A DNA stretch of 63,276 bases, filler included, from Octopus bimaculoides (Eukaryota): assembly GCF_001194135.2 (NCBI RefSeq). It is 7 parts of 5 records of this genome, joined end to end, with 100 filler letters (N's around TTAATTAATTAA, not from the genome) between each part and the next. Parts side by side here need not be neighbours in the genome. Positions count along the whole stretch, not along the records: positions 36,253 to 46,000 come from NC_068989.1; positions 46,101 to 61,502 come from NC_068981.1; 5 more parts are not named here. One strand, given 5' to 3'. Below, piece after piece: positions 37,729 to 48,720 of the stretch. The notes under the pieces are model-generated. The model saw only the letters and a program-made list of their open reading frames with translations. It ran no database searches and was not told the DNA's origin. Position numbers and translations under genes: made by a program. Position 1 is the stretch's first letter. Every line of letters starts with the position of its first letter.

Positions 37729-40723
37729 CACACGTTTATGTGTATGTATGTATGTATGTATGCATATACGTACTTAGGAAGGCTATAACTAGACACGCAG
37801 TTAGAAATTAGTAACGTTAAATTTTTGATACAAAAGTCAATTAAATCGTTTCAGTTACCATAAATGTCAAACTTTAGCTATTTACCACTTTTTATATCAT
37901 CATCTAAAATTCCGTTAAGCTGGAGCAAATAAAAACTGATATATTTCATGTTTAAAATATCTTACGTCTATATTACTCAATTCACATATTTCAATACTTG
38001 AATACTTTCTAAAAGAACACGACCATATTTAAAATTGTAATTTGTATACATTTATAACAAAGATAAAGGAAAGAAAATGGATGCTTTTGTAGAAATGTGT
38101 TCTATTCATACGATGGTATCAGTAATAAACTGTCTCCAAATTTTACGTTTTGTTTAAATAGACTAACGGTTAAATAGATTTCGTGGTTATGAAAAACAAA
38201 TCGTACGTTAAAATTTAGCTATTATTGTCAGAACGTATTTTAGAAGATAGAAAAGAAGAAATGTAATAGGATAAATGTGTGTTTCCGATAGAACAAGATA
38301 AAATTTACATGTTAAATTATTTGCATGAATATATAAGAGTGACGCCCTCGACGACATTACTAAAACATAATTCCATATAACTAGGATCTTAAATATAATT
38401 ATGAAATATTATAATGTTATATAATATACATACATATGTGTATGTAGAGCTATATACATCCATATAAATACATATATATATATAGGCATACGTACTCACA
38501 TACCTACATACATACATATGTATATATATGCATACATACATAGGTATATATATATATAGTATTAGGGAAAATAACCAAGTTTCAAGAACTTAGCGATGAA
38601 AATCCACTATCACATATAGAAAAATTAATAATTAAAAGCACACTAAATATATATATGTATATATATGCATACATACATAGGTATATATATATATATNNNN
38701 NNNNNNNNNNNNNNNNNNNNNNNNNNNNNNNNNNNNNNNNNNNNNNNNNNNNNNNNNNNNNNNNNNNNNNNNNNNNNNNNNNNNNNNNNNNNNNNNNNNN
38801 NNNNNNNNNNNNNNNNNNNNNNNNNNNNNNNNNNNNNNNNNNNNNNNNNNNNNNNNNNNNNNNNNNNNNNNNNNNNNNNNNNNNNNNNNNNNNNNNNNNN
38901 NNNNNNNNNNNNNNNNNNNNNNNNNNNNNNNNNNNNNNNNNNNNNNNNNNNNNNNNNNNNNNNNNNNNNNNNNNNNNNNNNNNNNNNNNNNNNNNNNNNN
39001 NNNNNNNNNNNNNNNNNNNNNNNNNNNNNNNNNNNNNNNNNNNNNNNNNNNNNNNNNNNNNNNNNNNNNNNNNNNNNNNNNNNNNNNNNNNNNNNNNNNN
39101 NNNNNNNNNNNNNNNNNNNNNNNNNNNNNNNNNNNNNNNNNNNNNNNNNNNNNNNNNNNNNNNNNNNNNNNNNNNNNNNNNNNNNNNNNNNNNNNNNNNN
39201 NNNNNNNNNNNNNNNNNNNNNNNNNNNNNNNNNNNNAAGTTTTTTGTTAAACTAGAAATCATTTCTGACCAAAAAATGTCAATTTTATCAGTGAATTTAT
39301 TACTGAAATAAGAAACAAACACAAATCAAACAGTTTTTTTTTATCGTTTAGCAAATATATTACACATAATGTTTAATTACACATCTTAGTGAAGATATTT
39401 CTGTCAAGCTGGAGTTTCAGGTACTAAGAGAGTGAACTCTCTCTTTGCTGCTTTGCGTGAATGACTTGCATCACGACAGTCTCTTAGCAGACATCAGCAA
39501 TCATCAGCAATCATATTTGTACGCCACCTACCTTGATACCTAACCTTCATGGCCCTCATGTCTTGACGGAATGTTTCTCCTTGCTCATTACCTATTGCAC
39601 AATGATTTTCAAGGAAGTAGTCCAGATCAGTGATGAAAATGCACTTTTACACTCATATTCCAGCCCCTTTTACACTTATGTCTGCCCGAGATCTTCATAG
39701 TTTGACGTATTCCTGTTCCCTGGGAAATTAGACACAACCGCAGCAAAAGCATGTCACACCAGACATAGTCTCTAAATATTACTGGTCCTTCAATAGCCAC
39801 ATAATCTGTATCCCGTTGAAAACACCTACCTTTTTATTTTCCCACAAGAAAGGGGTGGAAACATTCTGCTTAAGTATTTGAAATAGATACTGTCCCAATA
39901 TTTCAACGAATGGCTTTCTCTTGCTCACCCAGTTTTATGCCATAGTAAGGTAAGCTTCTTTCCTAAAATTTGTGATATTGGTTCACTACTTCGGTAAAGT
40001 GTAATATCCATAAATATAGCAGAAGACATCAGGGATATTTCGCAACTTTGTGCGATGCTTTAGGATTGCTCAGTGCCTAAAACATCGAATATAAGAATAT
40101 AATTAGCGATCCTGATACACATCACGAAGAATGGTCAAGCTCAGTAACGATCTATTAATCAACAACTACTCCAAAAACATGCTATCCACTCCAATTAGGA
40201 AGAGGAGAATCTATCTAACCTATGTGAAAGGCCTATCGGAAAAGATACAAAAGATATGCAGTCCATATGACATCAGGACGGTATTCAAGAGTAATAATAC
40301 AACACTTCGCAAATAGCTCCTTCGAGTAAAACTACCAATAAAAGAGAATATGACCAAATACTGCATGTACACCCTCCCTTGCTGTTGTAGTAGGTTATAC
40401 AAAGATGAAACATGCCACCCACTCAAAATAAGGGTAGAGTAACATCGTAAAGCTGTAACATGAGGAGATGTTGAAAAATCTGGTGTAGCTGCTCATATAT
40501 GGAAAAGCGGAGACCACCTTCGCCTGTGGGATTAAGTTAAAATAATAGACAGAGAGTACCACTAGAAAATACGAAAACTAAAAGATGCAGCACACATGTT
40601 AGGACACAATAACCTCCTAAGCAGACCTAGTATAGATATGAGTAGAATATGGGAACCGGTATTAAGGAAGGATACAAAAATATTAGGTTTATAAACCCTA
40701 AAATTCACCCTATGATTACTCAT

Positions 40724-40790
40724 GGGCATATAGCGTAATGGTTAAGAGCGTGGGCTACTACCCCCAAGAGTGTGAGTTCAATTCCAGGCA
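40724..40790 (+). other. tRNA-like module (pol III A/B boxes) downstream of the Penelope ORF; not a functional tRNA
   Basis: A box tagcgtaatgg (40731-40741), B box gagttcaattcc (40774-40785), partial anticodon arm ggg-ctactac-ccc; acceptor stem not formed. Confidence 0.65.
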
Positions 40791-40870
40791 TATTAATAAT
40801 AATAATAGCATCAGCAAAAAAAAAACACCTTCGTAATGAGAACCCAGAGTCGGGTTCAAAATTTTACCTG

Positions 40871-40915
40871 GACAACTGATGAAGGCTGGAGAGTAAATCA
40901 GCCGAAACGTTGTGG
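40871..40915 (+). ncRNA. Minimal type I hammerhead ribozyme motif (partly degenerate)
   Basis: gacaa-CTGATGA-a-GGCTG gagagtaaat CAGCC-GAAA-CGTT-gtggt: intact core, 5-bp stem II, palindromic AACGTT stem III; stem I weakened. Confidence 0.7.
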
Positions 40916-41256
40916 TAACAACAAACAAGATGGGGACACATATCCATCCAATGTAAATAATGTAGAGATTTGAAGGCTTATAATTTGATGGTTTTATATG
41001 CGCTTTTCTAGTGGCAATTTACTTGAAATAATATTGAAAATCTGTTTTCAGATTCATAAGTTATTTCAAGATCCATTCACGAGACTGCATTTGATNNNNN
41101 NNNNNTTTTTTTTTTTTTTTTTTTTTTTTAATGGAGATTTCAGTTAGTGAAAAATCTTGTTGTGAGAGCAAAACGGTTTTAATTTTTTAAATCAATATCC
41201 CATAGGAACCATGTCTCAAAAGCGAGACAACAAGAACCATATTCTCCAATTATTCA

Positions 41257-41464
41257 TTTCAAATTCTGGCTCACAGCCGGCAAATTCGAAAATGGGGCTA
41301 GTCGATTACATCGACCCCAATGCTCAACTTGTTATTATTTTATCGATGCCGAAAGGATAAAAGGCAAAGTCGACCTTCGCAAATTTGAACAACGAACGTA
41401 AAGATGGACGAAATGTCGCTAAGCATTTTGGCCAGTGCGCTGATGATTCAGCCAGCTCCCCTCC
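41257..41464 (-). mobile_element. SINE family A
   Basis: tttcaaattctggc...agtcgattacatcgacccc...aaaggcaaagtcgacc...cagccagctcc. Confidence 0.85.
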
Positions 41465-41894
41465 TTAAATAATTCCTAATTATTAAATGGCATAGTTTGC
41501 TTCCTCTCCGTTTCCTAGAATTTCATGTCTATTCTTTAATTCTAACATATAATCCATCCTTATTCACTGACATCACCGTCACTTTACAGTGATTCAATGA
41601 TGTAAGTTCATGTTATTGTAGCTGAAAAATTGACAAAAGTAGTAGAAAAATTTTTAAATAGTTAAAATAGATTAATCAAAAGATAAATGTCAATTTGTAA
41701 TTATTTTGCAAATGAAAGTGATATTAAATTAATTTACATTATGTCGAATATTTCGGTAAAAAGGAAATGAAATCTCTCGCTTTGCATGATGGTGATTAAT
41801 GAGTGCAATCTCATCGAAGACAGTATTTGCAAGAATATAAAAGGCACCATGATACACAGATACACTTAAAGTAGAACCTTATTTGCGTGTGTAC

Positions 41895-41941
<47 letters not shown>

Positions 41942-42315
41942 TGTGTCTCTGTGTGTGTGTGCATGAATGTGTACGCGCGTGCGTATTTATATGTATAAAT
42001 GTGTTGAGGCTGTGTACATATCTATATGTGTGTTTGTTTTTATTTCAGTTTGTGTGTAGGTGAGACAGAGAGAGGGAGAGAGTATGTGTGAGAGACAGAT
42101 AGACAGACAGATAGACAGACAGACAGAGAAAGTGTGCGCGTGTGTGTGTGTGTGTGTGTCTATGTGTGTGTTTCAAAAACAATGTTGGAAAGTGACTTCT
42201 AAGTTCCGCCGGTTTGAACTGCCTGCTAGTAACACAGTGTTAACTACAATAGCCACAACACGAGCATGAGTTTCATACATTCATATGCATACGTATATTT
42301 AGATATACATATAAC

Positions 42316-43329
42316 TATTGGGTCAAACCATAAAAAATGCGGGTTTTTTCAAATTCATGAACTGAAAGTCGGAGGGGGGCGGAATAAACTACCTGCATCA
42401 ACTTGCTATAAAAGCAGTTAGTAATTTTACCTGAAAGATTTGTAGAGTTGGCGCGGACGTCCTGCAAACCCTGCTGGAACAAAATCCAATCGTAACAGTT
42501 GAGGAGCTAGCAGAGAAGCTTGGATATGATAATTCAACCATTCATCGACATCTGCGTGCCATCGAATAGGTCAGCAAATTAGGTCAATGGGTTCTTCACA
42601 AACTTTCCGAGTCTAATCCTGCACAGAGAGTGAATGTGTGCTCTTCTTTGGTGTCACGTCTCTCGAATGAACCTTGTTTTGCACGGAATAGTGACTGATG
42701 GCGAGAAATGGGTTCTCTATAAAAAGGTGAAGCGACGAAGATGGTGGTTAGGGAAAGGAGAAACACCGGCACCCCAAGCTAATGAAGGTCTTCACTCACG
42801 TAAGGTGTTGTTATATATATAGGTTTCGTTCACTTTGAACTTCTAGACCCAAACAAAACGATGACAAGGGAGATCTATTGCGAGCAGCTGGAGCGACTTA
42901 AATCAGCACTAGAAGAAAAACGTCCATCTTTGGTTTCGAGACGAAAGATATTATTCCATCAGGATTATGTTCGGCCACATACAGCGTGGATGACATTCCA
43001 ATGGCTGGAGCAATTTTAATGGAAAACAATGCCCCACCCACCGTATTCGATGGACATTGCCCCATCTGATTATCATTTATTCTGCAGTCTTCAAAATCAT
43101 TTGGGCGGAAAAAATATGAATTCTGTAGACGAGGTCAGAACAGTACTGGAGGAGTATTTTTCGTCGTGGACAAGAGAATTTTTGAAGAGGGGGCCTTGCA
43201 TGTCTACTGGATGTAAGAGCATTGCAGAAAATGAAGGAGAGTATATTTTAGATTAAATAAGAACTTTATCTTAATGTTGAAAAACAAAATAAGTATTTAG
43301 AAATGCTTTATTTATGGGATAACCCAATA
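42316..43329 (+). mobile_element. Mariner (D,D34D) transposon relic with both degenerate TIRs and a 5' internal deletion
   Basis: TA-ttgggtcaaaccataaa ... ttatgggataacccaa-TA; LGQWVLHKL, IVTDGEKWVLY, HPPYSMDIAPSDYHLF; contains frameshifts and stops. Confidence 0.9.
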
Positions 43330-43956
43330 ATTTGCATACGTTATATTGATAGGAAATTTCTATTTAATGTTATTTCAAACGCGTATACTGAGGTTACACA
43401 CACACACGCACGCACACACACACGCATACACATACACACAGATACACAAACACACATATGTATATACACGCACACACATAATGCATTATTTAAGCGGGTT
43501 TTCGTACCTTTATGAGTCTGCGTATGCATTTGTGCTTGTGTACTGGAATATAGACGACGTCGTCTCATTATATACGTAAGCAATGATAGAATAAATAACC
43601 AGTATATGTTTACGCTTGGGTATGCATGCATAAGTAGGTCGTTGGTCTCACTATCATATATTTTGAGGTTCAATTCCTCAAGTGGCTCATGTACACACGA
43701 GAGAGGCAATCTCTTTCAATTTGGTCCAGAAAGTCAGGTGAAGATGAGTACAAACCGAGTTTTGTGTACCTCTGTCTTTCATATCTTAGTTATTCCATAC
43801 GATGGTAGGCAGGAATGCCGAGAGTATAACTCTATGTGTTCGCGATTCCACGGGTATATACAAAATTTAATGATAGCATGGCACTCGCTATCAAGTCATA
43901 TTTCTTGCAACTGACGGGTATATTTTAATATACACACGTAAAAACACACATGTACT

Positions 43957-43988
<32 letters not shown>

Positions 43989-44715
43989 CACACACACATA
44001 NNNNNNNNNNNNNNNNNNNNNNNNNNNNNNNNNNNNNNNNNNNNNNNNNNNNNNNNNNNNNNNNNNNNNNNNNNNNNNNNNNNNNNNNNNNNNNNNNNNN
44101 NNNNNNNNNNNNNNNNNNNNNNNNNNNNNNNNNNNNNNNNNNNNNNNNNNNNNNNNNNNNNNNNNNNNNNNNNNNNNNNNNNNNNNNNNNNNNNNNNNNN
44201 NNNNNNNNNNNNNNNNNNNNNNNNNNNNNNNNNNNNNNNNNNNNNNNNNNNNNNNNNNNNNNNNNNNNNNNNNNNNNNNNNNNNNNNNNNNNNNNNNNNN
44301 NNNNNNNNNNNNNNNNNNNNNNNNNNNNNNNNNNNNNNNNNNNNNNNNNNNNNNNNNNNNNNNNNNNNNNNNNNNNNNNNNNNNNNNNNNNNNNNNNNNN
44401 NNNNNNNNNNNNNNNNNNNNNNNNNNNNNNNNNNNNNNNNNNNNNNNNNNNNNNNNNNNNNNNNNNNNNNNNNNNNNNNNNNNNNNNNNNNNNNNNNNNN
44501 NNNNNNNNNNNNNNNNNNNNNNNNNNNNNNNNNNNNNNNNNNNNNNNNNNNNNNNNNNNNNNNNNNNNNNNNNNNNNNNNNNNNNNNNNNNNNNNNNNNN
44601 NNNNNNNNNNNNNNNNNNNNGTACATGTGTGTTTTTACGTGTGTATATTAAAATATACCCGTCAGTTGCAAGAATTACTTATATATATATATCTATATAT
44701 ATATATATATATATA

Positions 44716-44938
44716 CAGTAATCATTCCCCATATCGCGGTTCACTCATCGCAGTTTATTATTTAAGCTTACATCGATTCCTCTGTGGTGTTGTTTTGCAT
44801 TTATATTACAATAAATATATACAAATTATAAAAATATTTTTTTTAAATATACAGTACAGTACTGTTTCTTCTTCGCGGATTTTCACCTATTGCGGGGGTG
44901 TTTGGAACGTAACACCCGCGATAGTAGAGGGATTACTG
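44716..44938. mobile_element. Tigger/pogo-type MITE with TA target-site duplication
   Basis: TA|cagtaatcattccccatatcgcgg ... ccgcgatagtagagggattactg|TA. Confidence 0.85.
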
Positions 44939-45275
44939 TATGTATAAGCTTATGCATACATGTATGTATGTATGGATAGATGAATGGATATATGTGTATT
45001 TGTGTTTGTGTGTTTGTGTGCGGGTACATGTGAGTGCTGAATGCAAACATGGAAAGTGCGTAACTGATAAAGTAATATTTATTTATTTATTTGAGTAATT
45101 CTAGTTAAAATTGAAAATACTATACATCGCTTTCCAAGGAGCTTGTGTTGGCTACACAGGATCACCCACATTCAGATAGAATTACTTAAATTTCAAATCC
45201 TGCAAGTACACACACATACTCACACACACACACACACGCACAACCGTACCTTGTATATATGTGTGTGTGTGCGTG

Positions 45276-45319
<44 letters not shown>

Positions 45320-45759
45320 CATATACATATATACTTATGTGTATGTATAGGTATATATGTATGTATATATACACATATACATATATACATATATATAAAT
45401 GTGTAGGTATAATAAAGCATGTTTGTGTGTACACGAGTCTATCCATGAAGTAGATTTTATTTATATTTTCGCATAAACATATAAAATGAATAAACGTAAT
45501 ACTAGCGGATGTTTAAAAATGTTTTGAAAATATATGTTTATACATGATAAAATATATTTGCGTCGGGTAAACGGTAATTGTAGACGTTCGGTAAACGTAG
45601 ACTTTAATCTCCGCGTAGACAAATGTTTAGCTTTCTTTCCACGTGCGATGATCGTTCGGTCCCAAATGAATTTTGTCTATTTAAACTATGTATTGATATA
45701 CTTAAATGTATGTGCGTGTATGTTTGTCTACACGTACGCATATACATATATATATATAG

Positions 45760-45999
45760 TTTCACTGGTCCTACTCCCGAACTATACGGTCGTTATATCG
45801 ACGACTGTATCGGTGCCACCTCACTCTCCCGCGAACATCTTGACTCGTTCCTCTCTTTCGTTCAATCTTTCCATCCTGCCCTCCACTTCTGCTGTACTAT
45901 CTCTGACACCTCTGTCCCCTTTCTCGACATTTCGGTCAGCATCCTTCACTCCGCCCTTAGCACCTCCATCCACTACAAACACACAGACTCACACTCCTA
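45760..45999 (+). mobile_element. Penelope-like reverse transcriptase fragment
   Basis: PELYGRYIDDCIG...FHPALHF...SVPFLDISV...IHYKHTDSHSY, covering RT motifs 5-7 typical of Penelope; cut by a gap. Confidence 0.85.
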
Positions 46000-46225
46000 T
46001 NNNNNNNNNNNNNNNNNNNNNNNNNNNNNNNNNNNNNNNNNNNNTTAATTAATTAANNNNNNNNNNNNNNNNNNNNNNNNNNNNNNNNNNNNNNNNNNNN
46101 TGTATACATATATGTATATATGTATATATATATGTATACATGTATGTATATATGTATATATATATGTATATATATATATATATATATACATACATGTATA
46201 CATATATATATACATATATACATAT

Positions 46226-46271
<46 letters not shown>

Positions 46272-47303
46272 TATATAGACATATACATACGGAAACACAA
46301 GTGCGTGCATGCATACGCTTATTTGTATGTGTGTGTGTGTGTGTATTTGTGTACACGTATATATCCATATATCTAAATGCGTATGTATGTGTAAGTATAT
46401 AAATGATACAACAAATAATAAAAACAAAAAACAAGAAATAAAATATCTGATGAAATTATGAAGTTTAATGGACCAGATTATTGGATATGGAACGCAAATA
46501 TTTATAGAAATAATTATTAATCCCATGTAAAGATGAAAGGGAACAGAAAATCGGAAATGGCAAGAGAAAAGTGGAACTCGAAATATGAATTCAAAAAAAG
46601 ATAAAGAGGAAAGAAAGGCATAGGCATAACGGTGGGGTGGAGGTTAAGAGAAAAAGTGAAACAAAGAAACGTGGTGGGGAGAAAATATGAAGAGAAAGAA
46701 TATTGTCTGAGCAAATGTTAACACAGATATTGCCTAAAACTGCTTGCAACCAAACACTATATTTAAAGCTTGACTTCATTATTATTGAAAGGGAAAAATG
46801 CGGGAATGGAAAATCGGTGAAATGAAAGCCTGACACGTACGAGCTTTTTGAAAGCTGAGCAGAAAATAGAACGATTAATTCGAGATAGGATCATCCAATG
46901 AAGCTAGAAGCATGCATAAGATATACAACTCTACACAGGCAATGCTTCTTTTCCAAAATCCACAATATCTTCAAACCCTGTAAAGTGATCTCAATGTATA
47001 TAATTTTATTACTAAAGCAGTGATAGAAATGATAGTTAACATCACCATGAGCAGTTTGAGGATGCATGTGCTCTGCATAATATTAAAGGTAAAAGAAAAA
47101 CATTATTCAAAATGCGTGCGGGTTTATAACCTAGTTTAGAAATGAAAGTCATAAAAATTATCAAATCATCGTAGATCCACGTGTGTGGAGAATAAATACG
47201 ACTTCAAGATACAAATCTGAAACAGAAGTACCAGAATTGTTAAAGTATTTAACGCCATACAAGTTAAACAAGCTATTCCGGTTACATATTGCAATTCTAT
47301 ATA

Positions 47304-48017
47304 CAGGGAGTCCCAAAAGTAACTGATGAGTTTCAATTTTTAATAACTTCATTAATTTTACAAAGAAATGCAGGAAATTTTGATACAATACAAAAGATAT
47401 AATGGAAATTAATATGCACAAGTCAAATTTTGCAGCACCACTACATTACATGAAAATTGACATCGTTTAAATAGCAGCCATTTTCGACTTGCACCATAAC
47501 ACCCTCAAGAAATTGAGACCCCACTTCTCTGATTTCTCTATTGATGTTCTCCTTCAGTTGCACAAGGGTCTCCGGTTTATTGACATATACTCTCTCTTTC
47601 AGGTATCCCTACAAGAGAAAATACGAGCTACTCAAGTCTGGGGAAGGTGAAGGCTAGTTGATATTGGTGCAGCGGAAGATTATTCTCTCTCTCCAAACCA
47701 CTGCCATAGCAACTGCATTATTCTCTTGCATATTGAGTGGTTGCCCCACCTTGCTGGAACCATATGTGAGGTCTACTTTGAATGGCCGGGTCCAAAGAGG
47801 TTCTGAAACTCTTGAGGGTGTTATTATGGAAGTTTTGCAAAGAGCATGGGCGTGCAAAGGCGAAAATTGCTGCCATTTAAGCGACGTAATTTTTCATGTG
47901 ATGTAGTGATGTTACAAAATGAGACTTGTGCGTATTAATTGCCATTGTATCCTTTATAATGTATCTATTTTTCAAAACTGAGGAAGTTATTAAAAATTGA
48001 AACCTCTCAGTGACTTG
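47304..48017 (-). mobile_element. Tc1/mariner non-autonomous element with long (~190-bp) TIRs and a transposase C-terminal remnant
   Basis: TA|cagggagtcccaaaag...; arms 47320-47500 and 47845-48015 are inverted copies; internal minus-strand PSPSPDLSSSYFL..GYLKERVYVNKPETL. Confidence 0.8.
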
Positions 48018-48399
48018 TATAAAGATTTTCTCAGAAACATGAGTTGATGTTAGAAAGTCCTACTTCTCTATTTCTCTAGATTCATGTATTAAATCACTTA
48101 ATAAAGTTTTATTTAATAATTCCACCAGCTTTTCTAATCTGAAATTAAATTAGTGTCAAAAGAAGTAACAAAATGTTGCTAAATGTAATGGTTTATTTTT
48201 ATTTTATTCGAAGAAACATAATTTCTAAGCTTCTGTCCTTTTTTTAACAGTTTATGTGCATTTTGGTTCAAAATGCGCGAAAATGATTGTTTTGACGCAC
48301 GGAATCTGGCTTGGATTAGCTAATTATGCAGCTTTCCGAATGCTAGAAAATAACAAATTCGAGTTCGTAATAATCAAAGTATCAAATCCTATTGCCTCC

Positions 48400-48720
48400 G
48401 ACTGAACCGATATTCAATGATCAACTGAAAGAACAAAAACTGCATACCTAGAGAGTTATTTACCGTATTAAGCAGAAGATTTTACAAAGAGATGAGTTGG
48501 AAGAGAAAAAAAAGTTGCATTATTTTTTGATAATGCAAGTAATCTCTCAGCAGTGGCTAATATCAAACAACTCAAACTGATGTTCCTTCCATCAACGTTG
48601 TATCTGTAATTCACTCCCGTAACTAAGGCATTATAAAAGCTTTGCAACAATTATAAAAGCTTTGCGTTGGTCAGAAAGCTGATACTTTTCATCAAAGAAA
48701 AGAAATTGAATGACTAAGTA
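48400..48720 (+). mobile_element. Tigger/pogo DDE transposase remnant
   Basis: Pieces resembling KVALFFDNAS...NIKQLKLMFLP....I.P...GIIKAL. Confidence 0.65.

Larger units (their letters stand above)
40090..40965 (+). mobile_element. Penelope-like retroelement, 3' part: GIY-YIG endonuclease region plus terminal repeat region
   Basis: LTYVKGLSEKIQKIC...YCMYTLPCCCSRLYKDETCHPLKIRVE.HRK...SGVAAHIW...W..VKIIDRE..KIRKLKDAAH (degenerate GIY-YIG); contains stop codons. Confidence 0.9.
39238..41095 (-). mobile_element. Chapaev3-like DNA transposon copy 1 (termini not seen), interrupted by the Penelope-like element
   Basis: 39238-39950 is colinear with 54860-55560 (LDYFLENHCAIGNEQGETFRQDMRAM..RYQGRW); 41020-41095 matches 56230-56300. 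Confidence 0.75.

Noticed and set aside
42316-43329. Possible domesticated SETMAR-like transposase gene
   Set aside because: Contains stops, frameshifts and a 5' deletion, retains TIRs and has no SET domain; it is an ordinary dead mariner.
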